Below are positions 35,991 to 47,873 of a DNA stretch of 64,000 nucleotides, piece by piece. The stretch lies in assembly GCA_014905635.1 (NCBI GenBank), contig JABVCE010000016.1:372001-436000 (forward strand), written 5' to 3'. A program made the translations under genes and the position numbers. The notes beneath the pieces are model-generated. The model saw nothing but the letters and a program-made list of their open reading frames with translations, had not been told where the DNA came from and did no database searches. How positions within the stretch are numbered: the stretch's first letter is position 1; each line of letters starts with the position of its first letter. This DNA is from Scenedesmus sp. PABB004. Its lineage: Eukaryota.

Positions 35991-38933
35991 ATGAAGGCGC
36001 ACGGCACCGAGTACGTGCGGCTGGGCTCGGCGGACGTGGAGTCGCCGTTCGCCGCCGCGGGCGGCAGCGGCGCCGCCGACAGCGGCGCCGGCAGCGGCGC
36101 GCACCACCAGGCGCGCAAGAAGCCGCTCACGCTGCTGCCCCTGATCGCGCTCATCTTCTTCGAGGTCTCCGGCGGGCCCTTCGGCACCGAGGCGCGCCGC
36201 CGCCGCTGCGACTGCCGCGCGCCGCCCGCTGCCGTGCGCCGCCGCGCCTGGCCGCCGCGACGGCAGCCGCCGCCCGCCCGACCGCCGCCGCGCGCCGCGG
36301 CCCGACCGCCGCCGCCGGCGCGCGCAGGACGCCGTCGCGGCGGGCGGGCCGCTGCTCGTGCTCGCGGGGTTCGTCATCTTCCCGCTCCTCTGGTCGGTCC
36401 CCGAGGCGCTCATCACCGCGGAGCTCGCGACCGCGTTCCCCGAGAACAGCGGCTACGTCGCGTGGGTCACCGCCGCGTTTGGCCCGTTCTGGGGCTTCCA
36501 GGAGGGCTTCTGGAGCTGGCTCAGCGGCGTGACCGACAACTCCATCTACCCCGTGATGTTTGCAGACAACCTCCGCATCTTTGTGCCCGCGCTCAACGGC
36601 GGCTGGCCGCGGTGCGCGCGCCGCGCCGCGCCGTGCACGCCGCGCCGCGCCCGCGCCGCGCCCGGGCCGCTCACCCGCGCCGCTCACCCGCGCCGCTCAC
36701 CCGCGCCCCTCACCCGCGCACGCGCCGCTCACCTCGCCCGCGGCGCCCGCCGGCCGCGCAGCATGGCGTTCCTGGTCGGCGTGAGCGTGGGGCTGACGTA
36801 CCTCAACTACCGGGGCCTCAGCGTCGTCGGCCACACCGCGCTGACGACGACCGCTTTCATCATCACGCCCTTCCTCCTCCTCTGCGCGCTCGCCGCGCCG
36901 CAGGCGACGCCCGCCAACTGGCTGCAGGCGCGCGCGGCGCATACGCGGGCACGCACGCGCGGTGGCGGCGCACGCGCGGGCGGCGCGGCGACGCGGCGTC
37001 GCGCGCCCGCGGCGCGGCCGCAGGTTGACTGGGGTGCCGTGCGGTGGGGCACCTTCCTGAACATCATGTTCTGGAATCTCAACGTGAACGCGGCGGCGGC
37101 CGGGGCGGCCGGGACGGCCGGGCCTGCCGGGCGCGCGCGGCACCGCCGCAGGCGCGCCGCCGCCGAGCCCACGCGCCCCCGCCCCCGCCGCGCTCGCCCT
37201 CGCCGCCGCGGCCGCCGCGGCCGCCGCGGCCCGCAGTACTGGGACAGCATCTCCTGCCTCGCGGGCGAGGTGGACGACCCCAGCCGCACGTTCCCGCGCG
37301 CGCTGCTCTGGGCGGTGCTGCTCGTGGTGCTGTCCTACCTCCTGCCCACCGCCGCCGCGCTCGGCGTGAGCGTCGACACCTCCGACTGGACGCTCGGCTA
37401 CTACGGCCGCGTCGCGCAAAAGGTGCGCGTGTGTGTGTGCACGCGTGCGCAAAGAGCGCGCCCTGCAGCTCGCCGCGCGCGCTTTCCCGCCGCGCGCGCG
37501 CGTCCGCCGCCGACGCCCTCGCGTCGCGCGCCCGCGTCGCAGGTCGGCGGCAACTGGCTCGCCTGGTGGGTCGTGCTCGCCGCGGCGGCGAGCCAGGTGG
37601 GCCAGTTCCAGGCGGAGATGTCGAGCGACTCGTACCAGCTGCAGGGCATGGCCGAGCGCGGCTTCCTCCCGCGCGCGCTCGCGCGGCGCAGCCGCCACGG
37701 CACGCCGACCGCGGGCATCCTGCTCAGCAGCGTCGGCGTCGTCGCGCTCGCGTCGTTCTCGTTCGTCGACATCGTGGAGCTGCTCAACGCGGGTGTGTGG
37801 CACCGCGCGCAGCGCAGCGCAGGCGCAGCGCTGCAGCAGCGCGCGGCGCGGCGCCGCACGGACGACGCCCCCGCCTGGGCGCCCGCACGCGATCGGCGCC
37901 GGCAGCGCGCGCGTGCGCTCACCCCGCGGCCGCCGCCCCGGCGCCGCCAGTGTACTGCCTGGCCGAGCTGCTCGAGTTTGCGGCGTTTGTGTGGCTGCGC
38001 GTGCGCGCGCCCGCGCTGCCGCGGCCCTACAAGTGAGCGCCCGCCGCACACGCCCGCGCGCCCCCCACCGCCGCGCCCCGCTGCGCGCCCCTCACCGCCG
38101 CCGCGCGCGCGGCCTCTGCCGCGCGCAGGGTGCCGCTGCCGACGTGGGGCGTCGTCGCGATGCTGGCGCCCGCGACGCTGCTGCTGCTGGCCATCCTCGT
38201 CATCCCCATCTACGAGCGCAACGCCACGACCATGGCCGCGACGGGCGGCGCGATGCTGGCGGGCTTTGTGCTGTACCCGCTGCTCGGGCTCGCGCGCGAG
38301 CGCGGGTGGTGCGGCTTCTCCGACCTCGCGTTTGACTACGCGCACGCGCTCTCGCCCGAGCCGGGCGGCGGCGGCGGGCACGGGCGGAGCTACACGATCC
38401 ACGCGACCGGCGCGATCGACGGCCACGCGGGCGACGACGCCGCCGACGGCGGCGGCCCCGACGGCGGCGACGGCGGCTCGGACCGCAGCGGCGGCTGCGG
38501 CGGCGGCACCTACTACGCCGCGCCGTACGTGCGCGACGTCGTGCACGACGGCGCGACCGGCGTGCGCACGACGTCGTCGATGGACCTCGGCAGCCGCGGC
38601 GGCAGCGCGAGCGCGGGCTCGCCGGGCGGGCGCTCGCCGCGGAGCCCGCTGCTGGCGGCGGCGCGCGGCGGGCGGTCGCGGTCGCGGTCGGGGTCGGCCG
38701 GCGCGCCTGCGGCGCCGGCGCTCGGCGGCGGGCTCGCGCCGTCTGCGGCGGCGATCTCAGCCGCCGTCGCGGCGGCGGCGGCCCCGGCCGCGGCGCGGAG
38801 CAGGCTGCGCGATGTTGCGAGCTTCCGCGTGCGCCTGAGCGGCGAGTGGTCGGCGGACGGCGCCGCCGACGCGGACGAGGGCGGGGCGCCCGCCAGCAGC
38901 GGCGGCGGCGGCACGCTGATCGACATCAGCTAG
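35991..38933 (+). CDS. APC-superfamily polyamine transporter (PUT/LAT/RMV1-like)
   Basis: LTLLPLIALIFFEVSGGPFGTE|DAV, WSVPEALITAELATAFPENSGYVAWV, FWNLN|YWDSISCLAGEVDDPSRTFP, FQAEMSSDSYQLQGMAERGFLP, LLEFAAFVWLR. Confidence 0.93.
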
Positions 38934-39140
38934 CGGCGCGCTCGCAATTGCTGCGCGGTGGCTGCATCTGCGCTCTCTTGTTCGTTCGCCGTGGGCGAGA
39001 GTGTATCATCCGCACGAAGCTGGGCTCGCGTGTGCTTTGTTAGCTGCAGGCAGGAGGGGTTCGGGGGAGAAGGGGGGGGGGGGGCTGCCGGCAGCGGCCG
39101 CGGCGGCGGCGACGACGCAATTGCGGGCGCCCGCCGCGCA

Positions 39141-39158
39141 TGTAAGGGGGTTTTTACA
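39141..39158. terminator. paired TGTAA polyadenylation signals on opposite strands
   Basis: TGTAA (+) at 39141-39145 and TTACA (TGTAA on -) at 39154-39158, between the convergent transporter and RPS28 genes. Confidence 0.65.
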
Positions 39159-39464
39159 CCCACACCGTCGCCGCTGTGCGCAGCTGCCGCCACAGCCTCC
39201 TGGGCCCCGCCCGGCACCTCCTCCACGCACGCCGCCCTGCTCCTCCGCGGCAGCAGCGGCGCGGCCGCCGGCCCGCCGCCGCCCGCGGCTGCTCCGCGGA
39301 GCGCCGGCGGCGCGGGGCGCCCGGCACACGTCGCGCGCCTGCGCCTGCCGCCTCCGGCCGCCCGCCGGGTCCGGCCGCTGCTGCCGCCGGCAGCGAGGCC
39401 CCGCGGCCGCCCGCGCCGCCCCCCGGGGGGCCGGCGCGGGCGCCGCGGCGCGCTCGCTGCCGGC

Positions 39465-40416
39465 TTACCGGAGGCGCCTGGCCTCGCGCTCAGACTCCAG
39501 CAGCGTCAGAATGTCGCCTGCGCGGCGCGGCGGCGCGGCGGCGCGCGGTCGGCGGCGGCGCGGCAGGGGGGGCGCGCACGGCGCACGCGCGGGGGCGGCT
39601 GCGGCCGTGCCGCTGCTGCCTCGTGCTGCTGCAACCACTGCAGGAACTGCAGCTGCTGCTGCTTCTGCAGCTGCTGCTGCTGCCTCCAGCTGTGGTGCCT
39701 GCTGCTGCCTCCAGCTGTGGTGCCTGCTGCTGCCTCCAGCTGTGGCGCCTGCTGCTTTTCAGCTCCGCCGCAGGTGCAGCCCGGCCGCCTCCGGCAGCTG
39801 CGCGCCGACGCCGTTTCTGGCCGCCCGCCGCCGCCCGCGCTCACCCTCGCGCACGGGGCCCTTGACGTTGCGCATGATCAGGCGATTCTGGTCGTCCAGG
39901 AACTTCACGCGCACCTGGGTGACCTGCGCAGGTGGGCGGGCGCGCGGGCGCGCGGGCGCGCGGCGGCGGTCGGCTGCTGCTGCCGCCGCCGGCCGTGCGC
40001 GCGCCGCTGCCCGCTGCGCGCGCCGCCGCGGTCCCCAGCCCGGGCCCCAGCGCAGCAGGGGGCGCCCCGCCAGCCCCGGCCGTCGGCTGCCGCGAGGCCG
40101 ACGGCCGCGCCCGCTGCCATCAGCGGCTGCCGGTGCTGCCGCGCCGCGCCGGGGCGTCCCCGCGCCGCGCCGCCGCACCTGGCCGCGAGAGCCGGTGCGG
40201 CCGATGACCTTCATCACGATGGCGAGCTTCGCGGGCTGATCCTGCGGGCGGGAGGGGGCGCGCATCGCGAGCGCGTGAGCGGCGGCGCGCCCAGCGGGGC
40301 ATGGCGCCGGCCCGGGCGCTCCAGGACGCTCTCCGCCGCTCCCCGGCGCGCCGCGGCGGCCCGCCGGCGCGGCGCCCGCCGGCGGCCCCCTCGCCGCTGC
40401 TGCCGCGCCGCACCAT
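39465..40416 (-). CDS. RPS28: cytosolic 40S ribosomal protein S28 (eS28)
   Basis: [65 protein letters not shown]. The first coding exon is the ATG alone. Confidence 0.97.
39681..39755. repeat. 25-bp tandem repeat x3 in the last RPS28 intron
   Basis: tgcctccagctgtggtgcctgctgc three times (third copy has one mismatch), flanked by CTG runs. Confidence 0.88.
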
Positions 40417-40872
40417 CTTGGCCTGCTGCCGCTGCCGCGCTGGATCGCTCCTGCGTCAGAACGAAAGAGGACGCGCTGCGGGCGGGCGGCGGGCTTGACG
40501 CGCGGAGCTGCTGCTGCTGGCCCGCAGAACCGCGGCCACCGTGCTCCTCAAACGCGGGCGTGGGCGCCGCGACGAGGCCAGGGACCGCCCCTGCTTTCAC
40601 CCCGGCGAGCGCGGCCGCGCCGCCGCAGCGGCCGCCGCCGCGGGGCGGGCGCCGCTGCCGCTCCGTGCGCGCGGCCGGTGCCGGCGCTGGCGGCGGCCAC
40701 GCCACGCCGGTGGGGTGTGGAGGGGACGCGCACGCGGCGTGCGGTGGGCGCGCCGCCGGCGCCGCCAAAACGTCGCGCGCGCACTCGTGTGTTGCTCGCG
40801 CGCGCCGCCTCCGCCCAGCGCGCGCGCCGCCTCGCTGCGCCCCCGCCCCCGCCCCGCGCCGCCGCTGGCCCG

Positions 40873-43800
40873 CTACCAGCCGCGCTGCTGCTGCTGCCCC
40901 GGCGGCGGCTGGCCGTAGCCGCCGTAGCCGCCGCCCTGCGGCGCCTGCTGCTGCGGTCCCGGCGGCGCCGCCTGGCCGTACGGCGCGTAGGGGTTGGGCG
41001 CCGCGGGCTGCTGCTGCGTGTGCGCCGGCGGGGGCTGCTGCTGCCCGTGGTACGCGCCGTGGTAGGGCTGCTGCACCGCGGGGCCGCCGCCGCCGGCGCT
41101 GCCGTACGGCGGGTACGCCGGCGGCGGCTGCGCGTAGCCGCCCGGGGCGGGGCCGCCGTAGCCGCCGCCGCCGCCCGCGTGGTGCGCCGGCGGCGGGGGC
41201 GCGCCGCCGTAGCTCATGTGCGCCGGCGGCTGCGGGCCCGGCGGCGGCGCCGCCGCGTGCGGCGTCTGCAGCGGGTGCGGCGGGTAGGTCGGCCCCGGCG
41301 GCGCCGCGGGCGAGAGGTGCATGTAGGCCATCTGCTGCTGCGCCGCCGCGGCGGCTGCGGCCTTGGCCTCGCGGCCCTCGCGCCGGCGGCGCTCGAGCTC
41401 CTGCTTCAGGTCGTCGCGCTGACGCGGCGGCGGCGCCGGCGGCGGCGGCGGCGGCGGCGTGCGTTGGCCCGCGGGCGCGCAGGCGCTGGGGGCTCTCGCT
41501 GGGGCGGGGCGAGCCGCGCCGCGCGCCGCCCCACCTGCAGCGCGCGCGTGTACGCGTAGTCGCTGCACTGCTGCTGGTGCTGCTTCACCGCCTCCTGCGC
41601 GGCGCGCGCACGCGGCGCGGCGCCGGCCGTGAGCGCGCACCCCCGGGCCGGCGAGCTCGTCGCCGCCGCCGCGGGCGCGCGTGCGCCCCCCGGGCTCTCG
41701 GGTCAAGCCCCAAAACCCCAAAGCCCCTGCGCCCCACCTGCAGGCTCATGTAGAAGCGCAGGCCCTCGCTGAGGTGGTCCAGCACCTCCCGGTACGTCTT
41801 GAGCGTGCCGCGGATGCCGCCCGCCGCCGCCTCGGCGCCCGCGCGCCACGCGGCAACCTCAAATACGGAGCGGAACGCCTGCAGGCGGCGCGGCGCGCGG
41901 CGCAGGCGTGTGTGTGGCAGGGGCAGGCGCGCAGCCGCCCCTCGCCACACCCAAAAAACCCTCCCACCCACACCCACAAACCCTACCACCCACGCGCGCG
42001 CCCACGCGCGCAGCACACCTGTGCGTCGCGTGCAATCGCGCCGAGCAGCTCGTCGTTGCGCGCCACGTTGGCGTCGACGTCGGCGCGCAGCGGGCCGTAC
42101 TTGGCGAGCTCGCGCTCAAACAGCGCGTCGGTCGCGGCGCTGCCGGCGGCCATGAGCTTGGGCAGGATGTTGTCCCGCGCCTTGGCGTCCTTCAACGCCT
42201 CCTCCAGGCCTGCGCGCGCCAGCGGCGGAGCACGCGGTGGCGGCGGGGGCGCGGGCGCGTGAGCTCTGGAGACGGCCCGCCGCGGCGGATGAGCGGCCGG
42301 CCGAGCGGGCGGCGGGCGGCGAGCGACACAGAACGCCACGCGCAGCCGCGTCCGCCGCGCACCCGCGCGCTCGTTGGAGAGCTGGTTGAGGGCCTCCATG
42401 TTGCGCCGCAGGCTCGCGACCACGACCGCGGGGTCGGCGGGGCCCGTCACGACCATCGGCGCCTGCGCACGTGCGCGGCGCGCGCGCGCGCGCGCACGGT
42501 GCGTGCGGCGCTGCGCGCGGGCGGCGGGCGGCGGGCGGCGCGCGGCGGGCCGGCGCGGCGGGCCGGCCGCACCTGCAGGCGCGGCAGCTGCGCCGCCGCG
42601 GCGTCGGGCGTGAGCGCGGCGAACGCGGCCTCGTTGGCGTTGAGGCGCTGAATGACCTTGCCGTCGCTCTCGCCCGCCTGGGCCATCGTGGAGCTGCGCG
42701 GCGCGGGCGCCGCGACGGCGCGCGGCGGCGTCGGGCGCGGACCATCGGGCGCCGCGCGCGCGTGGGCGCTGGCGCGCGGGCGCTGGCACTGCCAGCGGCG
42801 CGGCGCCCCACGCGCGCACCGGTAGCTGTGCAGCTTCTCCCACAGGTGCTTGGCGAGCGTGGCGCTCTGACGGGCGCGCGCGGCGGGGCGCGGTGAGCCG
42901 CCGGGCGCCGCCGCCGGCGCGCGCCGGCCGAGAACCGGCCGCGCACGACGGCGCGCAGCGCCCAGGCCGCCGCGGGCAGCGCGGCGCACCTGCGGCACGC
43001 GCCACTCGTCGCCGTAGGCGCTCCGCGCCGCCGCGTCGGCCTGCGCCTCCTCGTCCAGCGCCGCCTGGCAGGCCGCGAGGTCGGCGTCGACGTGGCGGCG
43101 CAGCTCCCCCATCTCCTGCAGGATCTGCGCGGCGCGCGGCGCGGCACCGGGCGCGGCGTCGGCCGTCACATCGCAGCGCAGCCGGCGGGCGCGCGGGCCG
43201 GCGTGCGCGCAGGCGCACGCGCGGGTCGCGCGGCGCGTGCCTCGCGCAGGTGCTGGGTGCCGCCGATGCTCGACACCTCCTCCATGTCCCGCAGCAACCC
43301 CTCCGGCACGCTCGCCGCGGCGGAGCCGTCGAGGGCCTCAAGCAGGTCGGGCAGCTCCGCCTGGCGGCGCGACGCGCGGCACGGCGCGGCGTGCTATCGT
43401 GGTGCGGGCGCGGCGGTGGCCGCAAGACGAGCGGCGCGGCGGCCGACGCGGCGCGGCGGCCGACGCGGCGCGGCGGCTGCAGGCGCGCGCGCGCGCCTGC
43501 TTGAGCGCGAGGCGCGCCGCGTCGGTGGCGCCGGCGAGCTTGCCGAGCAGCTCGCGGCCGACGCCGTCGACCATGTCGGTGTACTTTGACAGCGCCTTGG
43601 CGCTGCGCCGGCAACACGGCCGGGCGGCCGGGCGGGCGGGCGGGCGGGCGCGTGTGGGGCGTGCGGGCGTGCGAGCGGCCGGGCGGGGCGGGCGAGGGCG
43701 GGGGCGCGGCGCGCCGCACGACAGGCTGCCCGCGCGCCCGCCGCCCGCGTGCTCGCTCGCGGCCGCGGCCGTCGCGCCGACCTGCTGTCCGGGATGAGCC

Positions 43801-45918
43801 CGGCAAAGAGGTTCTCCCCCGACGCGTCGAGGCTCGCCGGCGGCACCGCCTTGACGAGCACCGCGCCGACGATGGGCGGCACGTCTGCGCGGCGCGGCGG
43901 CGGGCGCGCGCGTGCGGTCGCGCACGCGCACGCAGCGCACGCACACACGGCAGCAACAAACACACGCGCGAGCGCGCGCACAACGCACCAGCAAACGCGG
44001 GGACGCGCTCCAGGTAGACTGTGTTGTTGTCCTTCTGAGCCTTGGTCAGCGCGAGGGAGAGCACCTCCTCGGTGCCCTTCAGGCTCTCCGCCATCTCCTT
44101 GCCCACCGCCTTGGCCAGGGCCTTGACGCTCTGCATGCGCGTGAACGCCTCCTGCGCCGCGGCGCCGCGGCGCGGGCGCGGCGGGCGGTGGTGATGCAGC
44201 GGGTGGACGCAGCGGGTGGGCCCCCGGCGGCGAGCGCGCAGAGAGGGCAGGGGCGGGCGAGAGGGCGGGCGTGCTCACCGAGAGCGTGGCGACCTCGAGG
44301 GCGATCTTGGTGTCGCCGTTGTACTGCCGCCCCTGCTCCATGAGCGCGTTGACCTCGTACAGCGCGGCCTGCCCGCGGCACGCACAGCACGCACAGCACG
44401 CCGGTGGGTCGGCCAGCAGCGGCGGCGCCCGCGGCGGCGTGCGGCAGCCGCGGCGCGCGGCGGGGTCGGAGTTTAGGCGCGGCGCAGCCGCGCCTTCATC
44501 TGCGTGTGCGCGACCCAGCTGCGCTCAAAGTGCTGCATGATGCTCGGCTGGTTGAGCGCGCCCGCGACCTCAGCGTACATGCCCGCCGCCTGCTTGGCGA
44601 GGCGCGCGAGCGTGCCGGGCGACTTTTTGTCCATCACGGCCTTGTGATACACGCACTCCTGGGGTGGTGCGTGTGTGGGCGGGCGGGAGCGGGCGGGAGC
44701 GGGCGAGAGTGGGCGAGCGCGGGCGGGTAGGGGTCGGCGTGGGCGTGCGGCGGCGCGCAGAGCAGGGGCCGGCGTCAGGCGGCGCCGCTGGCTCCCTGCG
44801 CCGCTGGCTCCCCGCACGCGGCCGGGCGGCCCGGGCGCCGCCGCACCTGTGCCTGGGCGAGCATGAGCTTGTCCATCACGGTGAGGCACTCGGGGCTGAG
44901 GTCCACGGGGCGCGGGCTGTCCACCTTGCTCGCCTCGCCCTCCTTGAGGTGCGCAAACATGCCCGACGCCTCCTGCGCGGCGGCGGCGGCGCACGCGCAG
45001 GGTGGGCACGGGGGCGGGCGCGCTGCTGCCGGGCGCTGCGCAGCGCGGCGCGGCGCCGGGGGCGCGCTGCGGCGCCGCCGCCGCGCCTGGAAGAGCTTGC
45101 AGGCCTGCGTGACGCCCTCGGGCGTGCCGCGCTCGACCTGCAGCGCCTGCTGGCTGAGCACGGCGGCGACGTTGAAGAGCACGGCGGCCTTCTCAAAGTG
45201 GATGTTGGCCTGACCGGCGGGACGCCGGGCGGCGCGCGGGGGCGGGTCGGCGGTGCGCGGGGTCGGCGGGGGCGCCGCCGTGCAAGGCCAGTCGCTGACG
45301 CTGCCGCCCGGCCGCTGCCGCGGCGCGCCGCGTGCGGCGCCCTGTTGATTCTCCCCGCACCTGGCTGGTCTTCTTGGAGGGCCGGAACGCGTCGCTCCAG
45401 GGGAAGCTGAGCTTGACGTTGCCCTTCTCGTTGCTGATGGGGAAGCGCGTCTCGATGGACGTGAGGCACTTGAAGTATCTGCGTGCCGCGGGGCAGCGGC
45501 GGCGGCGGCGGCGCGTGGGCCGCGGCGGCGCGCCGCTCTCGCTGCAGCGCCCGGCGCGGCCGCGCGTGCGCGACGCCCCCGGCCCCGGAGGACCAGGCAC
45601 ACGCAGAGGCCCGCGGGGCGGGCCGGCCCCCGCGCCCGGGCGTCCATGCGCGGCGCGGCGCGCCAGCTGCTGCTGCCGCGCCCGGCGGCGCCGCGGCGCG
45701 CACTTGATGTACGAGTCCTTGGCGCCCATCTGGGAGCCGGTCTGGGCGTTGACGAGCTCGTTGCGCAGGTTCTGGATGGCGGCGAGGTCGTCCAGCGCGT
45801 CCTCGGCGTCGCGGTCGCCATACTGCTCCCGAATGTAGGACATGATCGGGTTCTTCAGCTCCAGCGCCTCCGTGCGCTTGACGTGGATCGCCAGCATGAC
45901 ATGCTGCGCGGACGGCAT
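40873..45918 (-). CDS. BRO1: BRO1/ALIX ESCRT-associated protein (Bro1 domain, V domain, proline-rich tail)
   Basis: MLAIHVKRT, YFKCLTSIETRFPIS, FPWSDAF, FEKAAVLFN, KDNNTVYLERVP, EGLRFYMSLQ, and a Pro/Gln/Tyr-rich C-terminus. Confidence 0.95.
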
Positions 45919-46236
45919 CCCGCCGCGAGCCCGCACGGGGGCAGCAGGCGAGATGGCGGTCCTGACGCGGCCCTGCCGGCCGCCCGAGCGCCCTGAACGG
46001 CCCGTTGAGAGTGAAGAGGCGTGTACCACCACACTGCGCCTCTGGGCCGCGCAGATCGCTGCCCGGGCAGCGCAGCGGCGCGCGGCGCGACGCGCAGCAG
46101 AAGCGCACAACCGCCGCCGCGCCCGCTTGATTCCCTCTCCCGGCTGTGTTGCCGGCCCACACACAGTGCTGCCCGCGCGCTCTCCACTGCGCTCGCCGCG
46201 CACACACGCACACGACCACTCCGCGCAGACGGCGCC

Positions 46237-47270
46237 ATGGCGACCGCCGGGGCAGCCGCGTCGGCGCTGCCCGACTGGGCGGGCCTGAAGGACCAGGTCT
46301 GGCAGGAGGTGCGCGCCGCCGTGGCCGCGTCAAAGCACAGCCAGGACTTCTGGGACGAGCTGCAGGCCTTCGCGCACGCCGTCGACTGGCGGGTGCGTGC
46401 GCAGCCGCGACGGCGCCCGCAGCAGCGCCAGCGCCGGCGCCGACGGCGGCGGCCGCGCGGCGCAGGAGCGCTGGATCCAGGGCCTTGTCGCGGCGCACGT
46501 GGCGGTGCTGGTGTCGGTGCTGCTCGCGCGCCGCAACATGACGTGGCTCACGGCCGTCTTCCTAGCGCTGGGTGCGCTGCCCAGCCCGGACGCAGGGCGC
46601 GGCGCGCGCCACACGGCGGCATGGCGGCGGGCTGATGAACCGGGCTGCGCCGCGGCTGCGAGCGCCGCCGCGGCTGCGGCGCCGGCACGCAGCGCCGGCG
46701 CGCGCGGCGCCGCCGCCAGGCGTGGGCAGGGGCGCCAGCCCGCGCGGCCGCGCCGGCCCGCGCCCCTCGCCGCCGACCCGCCGGCCCGCCGCCTCTGCCG
46801 CCGCCGCGGCCGCGCGGCGGCCAGGCTCGGTCGTGTACTTTGGCGAGCGCATCAACGCGCTCGCGGGCCGGCACTGGCCGGCGTTTGCGGGGCAGGACTA
46901 CTTTGACCGCCGGGGCGTGTTTTATTGCGTCATGGTCTCCGGCCCCGCGGTCGTCAACCTGCTGATCGTGCTGGTGCGGCGCGCGCGGCGCGGACGGCGC
47001 ACGCGCGGGCGCGGCGCGCGCGCGAGAGGCGGCGGGCGCGCGCGAGGCGGCGGGCGCGCGACGGGCACGGGGGCGAGGGCGCCGGGCGAGGGCGCGACGC
47101 GGGCGCACGAGCCAATCAATCAGGCGCGCCGTGCCGGCCGGCCGCAGGTGCTGTACCTGCTGCAGGTGGCGCAGCTCATGGTGAGCGTGAAGCGGCGCGA
47201 GCTGGTGCACCAGGCGCGCGCGCGCGCGGCGGCCGGCGGCGGCGCGGCGGGCGGCAAGAAGCAACGATGA
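46237..47270 (+). CDS. TMEM18: transmembrane protein 18 homolog
   Basis: FAHAVDWR|ERWIQGLVAAH, VYFGERINALAGRHWPAFAGQDYFDRRGVF, LMVSVKRREL. Head-to-head with BRO1 (318 bp between ATGs). Confidence 0.9.
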
Positions 47271-47873
47271 GACGAGACGTGTCATTGTCGGCGGCCTCCG
47301 TGAGACGCGCTCGCGGCCGCGGCACAGGGTGAGCGGCGTGCGTCACTCACTTCGCGACCTTCCGCCGTCGTTCGCGCACTTCGCCGCCAGCTCCAAGCGG
47401 CAGCTTGGCACGAACAGTTATCGGCCAGGCTTCATCCGATAAAGCTGCTCCGGCAGCTTGAACGCCCCCTCCGCTTGCAGGCGGCCGCGCGCGAGCTGCT
47501 TCTGCTCGACCTCCAGCACCCGGACCAATCGCCGCCAACGCGCTGTCGGCCCCGCCGCTCGAGGTCTCCGAAGCCTCACTGATCGTCTCGTGGCGCCCGG
47601 CAACAGGTGCGCGGAGGTGCCGTGCGTGAAGAGTGCGCCCGACGCGCGGCGCCCAGGCGCCTCGCGCGGCTCCCCGACACTCGGATCCCGTCTCGACTCG
47701 CCTCAGCTCGTCGCTGGGCGCGACGCCGCGCGGCGCCTGCGGCCGCGGCCCCATCTCACCCGCTTGTGTGGCCGCCGCCGCTGCTGCTGCCGCTCCCGCG
47801 GCGCCGGCAGGCGCACGCACCCGCCCACACCAGCCAGGAGCACACCCACACACAGACACCCGCACCAGCAGCC

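Noticed and set aside
17776..39755. 40-bp and 25-bp repeats as possible CRISPR arrays
   Set aside because: They are head-to-tail copies without unique spacers, no cas genes are present, and the context is eukaryotic.
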